DNA of 59,868 bases from a virus (lineage: Duplodnaviria; Caudoviricetes). A program made the position numbers and the translations under genes. The stretch's first letter is position 1; each line of letters opens with the position of its first letter. Below the pieces are notes generated by a model that had not been told where the DNA came from, did no database searches, and saw only the letters and a list, made by a program, of their open reading frames with translations. This document shows, in pieces, positions 19,788-30,458 of the stretch. The DNA is taken from positions 1 to 59,868 of IMG/VR virus record IMGVR_UViG_3300043811_000165; one strand, 5' to 3'.

Positions 19788-21020
19788 ATGGGGCGAACAA
19801 TCGCTAAATTCGTATTGGGGGGTCTCATTTTGCTGATCTCCCAACTCTCAAACATTTTTTCTTGGTTTCGGGCGCTGCAATATATCCAGCTGAACCTGCC
19901 CAAGACATTCCTGTTGATCTCAAGCCCGCTTCTTCAAGTCTCGCTGCTGTTAGTCGGCATTGCATTGTGTGGAACTGGGCTCTACGAAGTATGGGATTTA
20001 AAGCACAAATCCGGCGTAGAGGGCGAAGGAAAGACCAGCAGTGAACAACTTTCTATGCTGTTCGTAAAAATGTGGGAAGAACTTCCCATGCGAGAGGACT
20101 TAAAAGGACAGCATCTACTAGAAGTTAATTTTCGCAGCGACTACTCCAAGCCAATAGGGGTGGAGTTCATCAAATGGGAGGAGTCGGGAAGCAAGGTTAG
20201 CGTACTTCCGTTGACCTATTTTATGGAATTAAGGGGCATCAGGTACTCACAGGACAACTCACAAATCTCGGGATCGGGGCCTTCAAAGATGGTTGTTAAT
20301 CCGAGAGAGGCGGTCAAGGTAACCATGCGGGTATACCATACGGTGATTTCATGGCAGCATTTGGCTGACCGGGTTCCAGATCACCATCCTGTTGGAGTTC
20401 TCGTACTTCGCCTAGATGGTAAAGAGGTGGCGTTTGACATCACTTACAGAGACGTTAGAAAGCAGGAAGTAACGAGGCGTCAAAAACTCCCCATTCTTTC
20501 AACTAACAGTCGTTTAACACTGTCGCCAGCGTCTGGTATTCAATTGCTGCGATCCGACCGAGAATTGATCAGCGCCATCGGATTCACCGTTTCTAATTCG
20601 CATATTCAGAGACGAAATATCGTCGCCAACATCCGAGCAACTTTCACCTTTTCCCATTTTGAAGAGGAAACCTTCAAGGTAACCGGACTATTCGGGCCTG
20701 CCAGGATTGACGCATCAACACCATTTACGGCTGAACAAAGCGTCTCTTTATGCCAAGGCGATGTACGTCATCTCTTTCTCGCCGCGCACAGAGATGCGCT
20801 TCCTATGATGGCTGTTGACCGAACGAAATATTATACGCTCTCAGGATGGCCGTTCAATGAAGAGAATGAGAAGCACATCGATGAGGTTGAGTGGTCGGTT
20901 ACTATTCAGTTGAATACCGATTCTCCAGAAGATGATATTGAGCGTAAGTTGATACTACAAGTATCGCCGCCGCCGCGAACAGGACTATCGCTAAGTCCTA
21001 TGCAGCCATTGTCGAGCTAA
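19788..21020 (+). CDS. Passenger hypothetical membrane protein
   Basis: 410 aa, two N-terminal TMs, atypical composition. Confidence 0.7.
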   Translation: MGRTIAKFVLGGLILLISQLSNIFSWFRALQYIQLNLPKTFLLISSPLLQVSLLLVGIALCGTGLYEVWDLKHKSGVEGEGKTSSEQLSMLFVKMWEELPMREDLKGQHLLEVNFRSDYSKPIGVEFIKWEESGSKVSVLPLTYFMELRGIRYSQDNSQISGSGPSKMVVNPREAVKVTMRVYHTVISWQHLADRVPDHHPVGVLVLRLDGKEVAFDITYRDVRKQEVTRRQKLPILSTNSRLTLSPASGIQLLRSDRELISAIGFTVSNSHIQRRNIVANIRATFTFSHFEEETFKVTGLFGPARIDASTPFTAEQSVSLCQGDVRHLFLAAHRDALPMMAVDRTKYYTLSGWPFNEENEKHIDEVEWSVTIQLNTDSPEDDIERKLILQVSPPPRTGLSLSPMQPLSS

Positions 21021-21146
21021 CTCTTCCCAAGGAAACTATTTCTTGAATCGACCACACATGAGAACTCAGACCAGCAGCCATGGGAGCCCATTCATAGGCT
21101 CAGTAGTGTCTTTCAAATCTGCATTGCGATATTCGGGGGTGCGGCT

Positions 21147-22091
21147 GTGGATCGGGTAATTCAGGGCATTCTTGCCGTTTTCACATCTCCTAATCTGCCT
21201 TGGTGGGGGGACATGCTAATGGCGGGGGCTTGCTGTGGGGTGATCTTTTTGCTTGTGTCTTTTGGTAGTAAAAATGCGGTAAAGAGCCAAAGCGGGGATC
21301 ATCTGCAACTTCAGATTCATTCGGCGATCTGGGGGACCGACGCCAGCCATTCTCAGGTTGGCGGAACAATTGACGGGAAGCCACGAAACGCCCTTGCGTT
21401 TTTCGTTAATCAAGACGCCTTCCCGCTTCCCGATCCGGCGCACGGTGTTGACGAGAAGTACGTTGAAGTGAAGTATTCGTATACGGGAAGTGGTCCAAAA
21501 ACTATTCGGCGTAAGCAGGGTGAATGGATAGTGCTACCGGAAGATCCGGTGTTGCTGAAAAGGATCGAAGACAACTTCGCCCAGTACCTAGAGGACAACG
21601 AAGAACTGAGCAAGGGTAAAATCGCGAAGCGCGATGCAGTTACAGCATTAACCCGCACCGCTAAGTTGCTGATCGAATATAAGCCCTCGCAAATCGGAAA
21701 GACCGAGCATCTCATTTTCGTCAACGATGGTTCCGTGACGATTCAGGATATTGTCGTAGGGCCGCTTTTATGGGGGTGTGGCTTATTGAGGCGAGAGATC
21801 AGTCTGCACAACGTGGTTGGTCCATTGATGGCAGGCAAGCAAGTCGAATGTAAGACAGTGTTTTTGGAACGACAAGGGACCAATCAGATCATCTTGGAAC
21901 TACCAGACATGCTAAAGCAGATCAATCGACAGTTGGGCGTGGACGCTAAGGCGATCGTCCATGTTCAGTATAAAGACTCTAACCAGAATGAGTTCTCGAT
22001 AAACTTCTCGTTATCTATCGATCTGTATGATCGTGTGGTTTGGAATCCCGAACAGGTGCAGCTTGAGAGCGCCGCAAAGGGGATGCTTTGA
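21147..22091 (+). CDS. Passenger hypothetical membrane protein
   Basis: 314 aa, N-terminal TM. Confidence 0.7.
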   Translation: MDRVIQGILAVFTSPNLPWWGDMLMAGACCGVIFLLVSFGSKNAVKSQSGDHLQLQIHSAIWGTDASHSQVGGTIDGKPRNALAFFVNQDAFPLPDPAHGVDEKYVEVKYSYTGSGPKTIRRKQGEWIVLPEDPVLLKRIEDNFAQYLEDNEELSKGKIAKRDAVTALTRTAKLLIEYKPSQIGKTEHLIFVNDGSVTIQDIVVGPLLWGCGLLRREISLHNVVGPLMAGKQVECKTVFLERQGTNQIILELPDMLKQINRQLGVDAKAIVHVQYKDSNQNEFSINFSLSIDLYDRVVWNPEQVQLESAAKGML

Positions 22092-22324
22092 GCACCTGCT
22101 TTAACATCTTCTCGAATCGCCGATATTCAAGCGGCTTCTTTGCCTTCGTTGGCTTTTTGCTTTCCTCGGCCTTGTCGTTTTTGGGTTCCGGCATCCGAGT
22201 CACCCCTTCACCCGCGCGTAGGTCAGATAACCGCCGTTTTCTGTCCGATGCTGAGTACGTTTGCCATAAAACAAGCATACCATACCGTTCTGGCATGTCA
22301 ATAGGTAAGCGCAACCAAATAAAG

Positions 22325-22576
22325 CTATTTTTCTGGTTTCTTTTTCCCCCATCTTTTTTCAGCCGCAAGCTTCCCCATTTGGCTACGTTGTTCGGCGGTC
22401 AAAAGTTCCATGCGGCGTTTGCCGCCTGTTTTGCCGCCTTTTCTGCCCATAGCGGCCATAACTTGAGAGACCAGGGAGCGGCTCACGGTTACCTCTTCGT
22501 ACTCGCCCACCGATTCAAGAACTACGCGGCGGGCATTTTGAACTTGATCCAAATGTTTAACAGTGCGTTTTGGCAT
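22325..22576 (-). CDS. Small basic KGG-motif protein of the type found beside IS1595 transposases
   Basis: AMGRKGGKTGGKRRMELLTAEQRSQMGKLAAEKRW. Confidence 0.7.
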   Translation of the reverse strand: MPKRTVKHLDQVQNARRVVLESVGEYEEVTVSRSLVSQVMAAMGRKGGKTGGKRRMELLTAEQRSQMGKLAAEKRWGKKKPEK

Positions 22577-22835
22577 ACGCCTTTAGCGTTGCACGGTTCG
22601 CGCGGAGCGTCAAGGGGGCTTTTGTTGGCTTTATGATTCAAAGTGCTTGCAGTGAATTGAGACCACTACCGAACAGAGAGACACGCGAACCTGAAAGCGT
22701 TCGACCAAGGGAAGAAACTGCGCCCCAGAGAATTGCACAACGCCCCACCCGCACTAGCTGGATTGCGAAATTGTTTCTCCTGGTCGGGCGCTCCGACTCA
22801 GAACGAAGCCACACAGCCGAAGGAGGCTAAAGAAA

Positions 22836-23594
22836 ATGCAAATCCATAAACTCGGAAAACGCGCACCCCGCATCGATCACCGAACACTGCACATGGCCCG
22901 CTACCGAATCCCTGGAGCCATTTCAGTACCACCGGAAGTCTCCTGGGTGACAAAAGTATCAGCTTGGCCGATGATGTTGAACGATTCACTGGGCGACTGC
23001 ACCTGCGCCGCGGCTGGTCACATGATCGAACAGTGGACAACCTACGCAGGTTCACCCTTCACGCCGCCCGACTCCGCGATTCTGACGGCCTACGAAGATC
23101 CATCTGTGGGCGACTACAACCCGAACGATGCGTCGACCGACAACGGCGCCGTGATGCTCGATGTATTGAACTACTGGAGGCAAACCGGCATCGGCGGACA
23201 CAAGATATTCGCGTTCATGAAAGTGAACCTGGCGAACATGGACGAAGTGCGGGAAGCCGTATACCTGTTCGGAAACGTCTACTGGGGCGTCCAGTTGCCA
23301 GCAAGCGCGCAAGGGGCAGACTCCTGGACCGTGCCTGACGGTGGTGTCGCATCGCCCAACGGATCGCCGGGGAGCTGGGGCGGGCACTGTGTGCCGATTG
23401 TTGCGATGTCGCCTGAGACGCTCACCTGTGTTACGTGGGGAGAGACGTTGAAGATGTCGCACGGGTTCTTTTCGGATTACGGAGATGAAGGATACGCCGT
23501 CTTGTCGCTCGACTGGATTGAGAAGAACGGGCTATCTCCAGGTCAGTTCAATCTGAAGCAATTGGAAGCTGACTTGAAGATTGTGACGGCTTGA
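22836..23594 (+). CDS. Papain-like (C1-type) cysteine peptidase-like protein
   Basis: NDSLGDCTCA, GGHCV, VTWG motifs. Confidence 0.75.
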   Translation: MQIHKLGKRAPRIDHRTLHMARYRIPGAISVPPEVSWVTKVSAWPMMLNDSLGDCTCAAAGHMIEQWTTYAGSPFTPPDSAILTAYEDPSVGDYNPNDASTDNGAVMLDVLNYWRQTGIGGHKIFAFMKVNLANMDEVREAVYLFGNVYWGVQLPASAQGADSWTVPDGGVASPNGSPGSWGGHCVPIVAMSPETLTCVTWGETLKMSHGFFSDYGDEGYAVLSLDWIEKNGLSPGQFNLKQLEADLKIVTA

Positions 23595-23658
23595 TTTTGG
23601 CCTTTTAGGGCCGCGTGGCTTCGTGGCTGGTTTGGTGCGTACGACCAGGAGGGATGTT

Positions 23659-24387
23659 TTGAACAGACGTGATTTATTGAAAACTTTCGGCGTCATCTCG
23701 GCGGCGGTGGCCAACGTCAAGTCCGATGAAACGACCTTTGAGAAACTCACGGATTATACCAGCAAACCGCTGGTACCGCGTACATTTCAGCCTTTCACGA
23801 TGGATGTGGTCAAAGCTCGTTTGTACAGCGCTCTTGTCGTCGATGACACCTTTGTGGAGTACATGCGCACCGATGGAGAGACGGACACATTTGCCGATTA
23901 CAAGTTTGATTGCCGATTGAAAGACCGGCATCAGTTTTTCAAATACAGCCTGGGAACCCCGAATCCCTACGACACACCGTGGGTGAAGCCGGGCGGGACG
24001 ATCACATACGCAGATACGAACATGAATCAAGACTGCCGGCTCAATGCGCCGGAAGCATTCATGATTCAGCGCGTCGGGCTGGTATTCTCTCCGAAGTGTG
24101 ATCCTGTATCACGTTCGACGTTCATCGAAAATTACTCAGTCGCCGTCTGGATGGGCTGCAAACACTTCTTTCGGTGCCCGATAGCGGAATGTTTCTCTAT
24201 CGGAGAGCCGGTCAACAAACAGTTTCATGAACTCCCCGAGAAGGGAAGCGTCGAACTTCTTCCGCTTCCACTGATCGTCGAAAACCAGATCCCTTTCTTT
24301 GCGGAGATTCAGGGCAATCCATTCCGTTCCGGTTACCTCAAATGTTGGGTTGTCTACGAGGGACTTCATGCGCGCGGCATTCAATAA
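23659..24387 (+). CDS. Paralog of the putative major capsid protein with Tat-like N-terminus; cassette cargo
   Basis: TYADTNMNQDCRLNAPEAF vs TLAQTNMTQNGKLDAPKAF; GLHARGIQ vs GLFARGVQ; N-terminal NRRDLLK. Confidence 0.75.
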   Translation: MNRRDLLKTFGVISAAVANVKSDETTFEKLTDYTSKPLVPRTFQPFTMDVVKARLYSALVVDDTFVEYMRTDGETDTFADYKFDCRLKDRHQFFKYSLGTPNPYDTPWVKPGGTITYADTNMNQDCRLNAPEAFMIQRVGLVFSPKCDPVSRSTFIENYSVAVWMGCKHFFRCPIAECFSIGEPVNKQFHELPEKGSVELLPLPLIVENQIPFFAEIQGNPFRSGYLKCWVVYEGLHARGIQ

Positions 24388-24437
24388 CTTCTCCTGGTCG
24401 AACGCTCTAAAATGGATGCGCAGACTCATGCCGACTG

Positions 24438-25252
24438 AGGCCAAAACATGGTCCTTTTTGTTGTTTTCATCGTTGTGTTTCGGTCAGAGCCTCTCGCCCA
24501 CCCTCTCAGAGCCCTTTTCCTATCCCGGCTCGACCGTCATTCTGACACTTTCCTACGCGAACAACGTGACAAACGCAGGAATCGCAGGTTTTTCCTGGAC
24601 CATCACAATGCCTACCGGCTTCACAATGGGAACGCTGGTGCAAGGCGCTGCAACGATTGCCGCCGGCGAAACCGTTCAGTGCAATCCGGCAACCTTCACC
24701 TGCACCACAAGCGCGCAGACGACGAACAGCTACGCGCCCGGTGTGGTAGTGATTATTCCAATCACCCTCACTGCCGCGGCGCCCGTCGGTCCTCAGCAAG
24801 TCTCCCTCACGAACCTGGTTGCGAGCACATCCGCAGGTACTGCCGTGCCGATTTCGACCACGCCCACCACAATTCAGGTGGATGCTTCGACCGGCACAAC
24901 GCCCTGGTTCAGCGTGTCGATCGGGCAGGCAACGTGCCGGGCTTCGAAGGTTGCGCAGACGCCGATCCGCATATCCTGGGTGTGTTTCAATCTGTACGGA
25001 GCGAACTCGGGCTCCTACACGGCGGATTTGAACAACGGAGGAAACGGCACGGATTATTTCGATATCGGGATCAACTCATTCGCGCTTACGACGTCAACGG
25101 TTCCCGATGCGTTTTTGCGTTGCACGTTGCAGATCAATGCGACTTCGAGCACGGTGACGATGTTGAACGGGGCGACGGTACCGGCTAATTCAGCGGCGTA
25201 TAATTGTTCTGGTTATTCTCAGAGTGGGCCGATGGTGCTGAGTTGGCCATGA
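24438..25252 (+). CDS. Secreted or virion beta-sandwich (cohesin/Ig-like) protein
   Basis: Signal peptide; Thr/Ser-rich beta-strand pattern; likely start lies inside a repeat. Confidence 0.55.
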
Positions 25253-26049
25253 TGGTTTGGCCTCAATGTAGTTGCGGCTTCGCGGGTGCGCGGCTCCGTT
25301 CGACCAGCAGGGGCTTGTGACTTCGTGGTGTTGGAGTTTCATAATTGACGTCCCTAGCGAGTGGGATCGTTGTCGGACTAGCAACAGGAGAGGTCAAGTC
25401 GGGGAGCGCTGCATTCGTTCCGGGGAAGTTCGGAGCGGGCGTTTTAAAGCGGGATGGACCAGCGGTAGGTCATCGGGCTATAACCAAAGAACCATGGACC
25501 GTGCATCTCCATACGTTGTGGGAGCTTGAGCGAAGGTCGCGAAAGCCATAACCACTGCTATGCCCAAAGTGCGTTTGTGTTTCATCACTAGTTGTTTCGG
25601 CGGCAACCACGTCAAACTGTAGAGGGCGCTGGATTCCTCCGATAAGATTTCCAGCGCCCGTTTTGCGCTTACCTACGATTGATGTAAGCGGCTATGATGG
25701 TTGCGACTCCGGTAATGACTGCTCCAACGAGCACGGCATTATCGGAATCCGACATCGTGCTTTGCTCTTGCTTGGTAGGCGCGGCAAAGCACGGTGCATA
25801 AAACTGAGGCAGCAATACAAATTTTGAAATTCGCATTCTCCTCCCTTTCCCCGGACACACGTCCGGCCAGGGCCATGGATTGACGATTCGCCCGATACGG
25901 GCTAGGATAGGAACTGGTTAGGGTTTCCATCCGGCCATCCAACGGCCAAAAACACTTCGGGCCGATTCTGCTCTAACAGGATCGGCCCTCTGTATTTTCG
26001 AATTATAACGCTTTTCTCTTGCCGCGCTTCTGGCGCTGGCGTTCCTTTT

Positions 26050-26244
26050 CAGTCAGCACTCGGTCGATTCTCCGCGTCCTTACCAGTGACCTGATTCCAC
26101 GTCAGCCGCTTGCCAACGATCTGAGACAGCGCCGACTTGAAGCGGTCGAAATCGGTAAGAGGGTTTCCGTTTTCATCCTTGCGGTTTGTTGAAGCGGAAA
26201 GCCTGTTCGTCTAGGTAGCGGAACAGGTGGAAGGGCTCCACGCT
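26050..26244 (-). pseudogene. IS1595-family transposase C-terminal remnant (frameshifted)
   Basis: Minus strand reads SVEPFHLFRYLDEQAFRFN / RKDENGNPLTDFDRFKSALSQIVGKRLTWNQVTGK. Confidence 0.85.
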
Positions 26245-26693
26245 AGTTCGTCAGAACAAGATCGGATCGGCTATTCTGAAATACGTGGTCGGTTCCTAAG
26301 GCTCGGGGCGGGAGACCGCTCCAGACTCAGAGTGAGCATCGGATTGAGAATCCTGAACAGATTTTTACCCGAGAGATTCACTAGCACAAAATGCCGAAGT
26401 GACAGGCAAGGCAAACAAAGCGGAAATCTTTGGTTCGAATCCAAAGCGGGCCCCCAAAACTTTTTATGGCCCGCTGGCGAAGTGGTATCGCGCCGCGATT
26501 AGATTGAAAGTGCGACAAGGCATAGGTCTTGAAAACCTATTACTTTTGGTCCTTGCGACCATCGCGGGGCGGTTCTCAGGCACGAGGGGCGCTCCTTTAA
26601 AATCCAAGCCGCAAAACCCCTCCTGGTCGAACGTTCCATCGGTCGCGTGAAACCCCTATCTCTTTGAGGCCAAAATCATGTAAAATACACCCC

Positions 26694-28694
26694 ATGCGGA
26701 CTCTGAAATATCTGCTCGTCCTTCTGATCGCCCCCATCTGCTTTGCCCAAGGAATCCCTAACTGTACGTTGAATTTCACGCTGAACGCAGCCAGTCACAC
26801 CAGCGCAGTATTCCCGAACAACCCACCTGCTTGCGACAAATGGACACTGACGGTCTATCACACAGGAACACCGGGCACATTCTCGTTACTGTTTCAGAGC
26901 GCTCCTCCCGGACTGAGTTCGTCGACTCCCGGAACCTGGATCACCTACCCTGGTGCCACAGGATCAGGCAGCGCGAACCCGGTCACTTCCGATTCGGTAA
27001 ATACGTTTACGAACGGCAATTCAGCGACAGCATTTTTGCGAGTGTTGGCAAGCGGGCTTTCCGGTACAACGGTAGTTTATGGGCAATTGCAAGGGTCTCA
27101 GACGGTGATCAGCAAGGGAGGCGGGGGAAGTGGTGGAGGAGCACAGACAATAGCAGGTACAACGAACGAGATTGCAGTTACTGGCCCCGGATGTACGCCC
27201 ACCAACACCGGAACCTGCACGATCAGCATCCCAACAAATCCGGTATTGCCTGGGAACGCGAGTGCTACCGGAACGTTCACAGCGGCGGGGTTGATTTCGA
27301 GCGAATCTTTCAGCGGCAACCTTATATTGAACGGCCTGACTTCGGGTCAGGTGGTGCTGGCCGTGGACGACGTGGCGGGGACGGCAATCGTGTATGTTAT
27401 GCCTTCGACGAACGGAACCGCTGGGCAGTTTTTAGAGGATAGTGGTTCGGTGACATGTCCAACCTTACCGGCTGGATCGCCGTCAACATGTCATCAATTA
27501 GTTTGGACGGCGGGCATGATTACGGGCGGAACCTGCACGAATCAAGCCGTGACGGTTATCAGCACTACCGGCGTGCCGACATGCACTTCCCTCACCCCTG
27601 TCTTTTTCGCGGCCTTCAGCGCGGATAACATCCTGGGGAATTTCACCGGTTCATCCGCCGTCCCCAGCACGCAGGCGATTCCCGCCTGTGCGAACGATGG
27701 GAGTCACGCGCTGGTTTATCCCTCGCATACTTTGACGTGCGAAACAGTGACAGGCGCCGGCGCGTCAGGCGGCGGCACTTCGGGCTGGTCCGGGCTGCCC
27801 CTTACCTTCATCTCCACTACGACTCAATTCGCGGCTCCCGTGGGCGGGGCGTTAACCAGCGCTACGGAATCAGTTGTACAACTGAAAGCATCGGCTACCG
27901 CCACGATTACCAATTTGCAGGTAACCCTCAGCGCGGCTTTAGGCGTTGCCGCAACGTTGGCGGTCACCCTGCGGGATGGTGGCTCATCGATGGCGCTCAC
28001 CTGCACGACGACATCGGGGGGCTCCACTTGCACCGATACGACCCACAGCGTCAATGTCACACTCGGAGATTTACTCAGTTTTCAGCTTGTCTCGGCTGGC
28101 ACGGTTACAGCGGGTCTACCTCAGATCGAGATTTCTTACGCAGTAGGGACCAGTGGCGTGGGACTCACGGGAACTCCGACTAATCACGGTGTGGTGATCG
28201 GAACCGGGGCGAACAATGTTAACTCGACTACGGCAGGGAGCGTGGGCCAGGTGCTCACTTCGAATGGTGCGAGCGCGGACCCGACCTTTCAGGCGGCAAG
28301 CGGAGGCTTCGGACCAATTGTCACCCCCAGCTATGTCCAGACCGCGCAGACCACAACGACGAATTGCCCCACATTTGTAGATCTTGCGACGGCGGACACA
28401 GTCACATTCAGCCTCTCAGCTACGACCAATATCGTCCTGCAATATATGGCGCAGGTTTCCGACAGCGCTGGCAATGGAGAACTGCAAAACCAAGTGATGG
28501 TTGATGGCTCCCTGATTGCTGGAACGCTGCAAAAATGCGACCAACAAGGATCAAATTTTATTTGGACATGTCCCGCGAGTTATGCGGCCTCTCTCGGATC
28601 TGGCAGCCATACCATCAAGGTTCAGCATTGCGTGTTGACCTCGGGAACCGGAACCTGGTCCAACCGTCTTTTGACCGTGATGAGTACACCATAG
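26694..28694 (+). CDS. Large Thr/Gly/Ser-rich spike/fibre-like protein with signal peptide
   Basis: MRTLKYLLVLLIAPICFA signal; GQVLTSNG..PTFQ fibre-like motif. Confidence 0.65.
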   Translation: MRTLKYLLVLLIAPICFAQGIPNCTLNFTLNAASHTSAVFPNNPPACDKWTLTVYHTGTPGTFSLLFQSAPPGLSSSTPGTWITYPGATGSGSANPVTSDSVNTFTNGNSATAFLRVLASGLSGTTVVYGQLQGSQTVISKGGGGSGGGAQTIAGTTNEIAVTGPGCTPTNTGTCTISIPTNPVLPGNASATGTFTAAGLISSESFSGNLILNGLTSGQVVLAVDDVAGTAIVYVMPSTNGTAGQFLEDSGSVTCPTLPAGSPSTCHQLVWTAGMITGGTCTNQAVTVISTTGVPTCTSLTPVFFAAFSADNILGNFTGSSAVPSTQAIPACANDGSHALVYPSHTLTCETVTGAGASGGGTSGWSGLPLTFISTTTQFAAPVGGALTSATESVVQLKASATATITNLQVTLSAALGVAATLAVTLRDGGSSMALTCTTTSGGSTCTDTTHSVNVTLGDLLSFQLVSAGTVTAGLPQIEISYAVGTSGVGLTGTPTNHGVVIGTGANNVNSTTAGSVGQVLTSNGASADPTFQAASGGFGPIVTPSYVQTAQTTTTNCPTFVDLATADTVTFSLSATTNIVLQYMAQVSDSAGNGELQNQVMVDGSLIAGTLQKCDQQGSNFIWTCPASYAASLGSGSHTIKVQHCVLTSGTGTWSNRLLTVMSTP

Positions 28695-28756
28695 CCTTCT
28701 CCTGGTCGGGCGATCCCGACTCCCACGAAGCCACTCAAGCCCTAGGAGGCCAAACC

Positions 28757-30316
28757 ATGAAACGCCTTTTCCTGATAGTCCTTCTAACCACCCAACTCTT
28801 CTCCCAGCCCATCCCGATTACCTCGAACATCACAGCCTACTGGAAATTCGATGAATCATTCCCCACCAACTTCACGGTGCTTCCAATCTACGCCGATGCA
28901 ACGGGGCGGGGAAACACTCTCACCGTTTTCCCGGATCAGCGCGCCCAACCGTCCGCGTTACCCTTTCGGCTTGGGGCAAACGCGACGGGCGGGCAAACGC
29001 TCGATGGAAGCATGGCAGGTTGCGGGAAGTGGAACCGCGCATGGACGAGTGGCGAGCTAACGGCTCTGGCGGGCGGCGAAATGTGGCCCTTCTCGACCAC
29101 TACCAGCCTCCAGGATGCCAAAGCTTTCTATCTGCTCAATGAAGCGAGCAATTCCGCGACGTATGCGGATGCAACGGGCCGGGGAAACACTCTGACTAGG
29201 TCAGGGATTACTACGCAAGTAACAGGGCCAGGTGGATCAGGACATGGAACTAAATTCACATCCGGCGCCTACCTGGAAGCCAATCCTCCGACATCGGATC
29301 TCCAAAGCGGCAATTTCACTTTCAGCGTGGGATGCTGGGTCAACCTGAACACCAAGCCCAGCGGCGGGCAATCCGTCATGTGGGGGCAAGTAACACTTTC
29401 CGGAACTCCTCATACGGGCGAAGTGATCTACTACCAGGGAACGACGGATAATTTCAATATCGACCTCGGAAACGACGTAAACCTGTTCGCCAACGGCGTG
29501 CTGCCGATCAGCGGGACTACCCCGGCGACGGGGACTTGGTATTTCGTCGGATCGACCTTCAACGCTACCAGCTCGATTATGGCGGGAACGGTGAACAACG
29601 GAACGGCGGCGACATTCGCGCGGAACATCCAACCCGGCGCGGTGCCTGCAAAAATCAACAATGGTGCGCAGTTCTCGGCGATCTTTCAGTACAACAACAC
29701 TTTAGCTCCCGGTTGGGATGCGGCCGTTGTTTCGAGCGCGCAAGGGGCGACATCGAATGATGTGACGTTCGGAAACAATTCGCGCACGGTCTGGTTTTGG
29801 TTCAAGGCTACGAACACGACGCCGGTCCAAACACTTGCCGGGTTCTACGATCAGGCAACCACGAATATCGATTGGCTCGTGCAGCTCGCGGGCGGCCAGT
29901 TGTTTTTTTTGATCGGCAACGCTGCCGGGAGTTTTCAGGACTGCTCCGTCGCGTTTAGCGACACGTCAACATTTCACCTCATCGTCGCGTGGTTCGATGC
30001 GGGATTTCAGACTCTTTCACTGAATTTGGATAACGGAGCGTCTTCGTGTTCGCATGTGCTCAGCAGCTTGACGCCGGCGACGACTACGTATCCCTTGTAC
30101 ATTGGATCCAACAAAAACAGCGGAGTCGCGGCGGGCGCTGCCCAACAGTTTCCTGGCATCATCGACGAAATGGGAATTGCGGACGGAACGCCGTCAACTT
30201 CGGATCTGAATATATTATGGAATGGCGGGGAGGGATGGACTTTTCCGGTTTCCGGAACATCGGGAGCTGCCATGCGGGGATCTTCCGTGCTTCGTGGGAA
30301 TGCGGTGATTCGCTGA
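28757..30316 (+). CDS. LamG/concanavalin-A-like domain protein with signal peptide
   Basis: AYWKFDE, FSVGCWVN, TWYFVGST, LYIG..FPGIIDE; duplicated YADATGRGNTLT. Confidence 0.8.
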   Translation: MKRLFLIVLLTTQLFSQPIPITSNITAYWKFDESFPTNFTVLPIYADATGRGNTLTVFPDQRAQPSALPFRLGANATGGQTLDGSMAGCGKWNRAWTSGELTALAGGEMWPFSTTTSLQDAKAFYLLNEASNSATYADATGRGNTLTRSGITTQVTGPGGSGHGTKFTSGAYLEANPPTSDLQSGNFTFSVGCWVNLNTKPSGGQSVMWGQVTLSGTPHTGEVIYYQGTTDNFNIDLGNDVNLFANGVLPISGTTPATGTWYFVGSTFNATSSIMAGTVNNGTAATFARNIQPGAVPAKINNGAQFSAIFQYNNTLAPGWDAAVVSSAQGATSNDVTFGNNSRTVWFWFKATNTTPVQTLAGFYDQATTNIDWLVQLAGGQLFFLIGNAAGSFQDCSVAFSDTSTFHLIVAWFDAGFQTLSLNLDNGASSCSHVLSSLTPATTTYPLYIGSNKNSGVAAGAAQQFPGIIDEMGIADGTPSTSDLNILWNGGEGWTFPVSGTSGAAMRGSSVLRGNAVIR

Positions 30317-30318
30317 TT

Positions 30319-30458
30319 TTGGCCTCATTCGGCATGTGGGCTTCGATCAGCAGACAGCGCCCGGCCAGGAGATGGGTTTTCTCCCCTCGAAGACGGGCAC
30401 CGTCTCCTGGTCGAACGGTAGAGCGGGCGGGTGAAACGGAAAACTACGATGAGGCCAA
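30319..30458. mobile_element. Empty ~140 bp repeat-pair unit (MITE-like) 1
   Basis: Forward repeat + ~32 bp spacer + reverse repeat. Confidence 0.8.

Larger units (their letters stand above)
19703..22670. mobile_element. Non-autonomous IS1595-like insertion carrying passenger genes
   Basis: 32 bp imperfect TIRs (GGTGGTGGTCTCGATTCGCTAAGAGCACTTTG; reverse complement of right end GGTAGTGGTCTCAATTCACTGCAAGCACTTTG); 8 bp TSD GAACAGAG at 19695-19702 and 22671-22678; lower GC; no intact transposase. Confidence 0.85.

Noticed and set aside
21040-21125. Possible decayed internal IS ends between the two passenger genes
   Set aside because: Only short partial matches to the TIR and no TSD.
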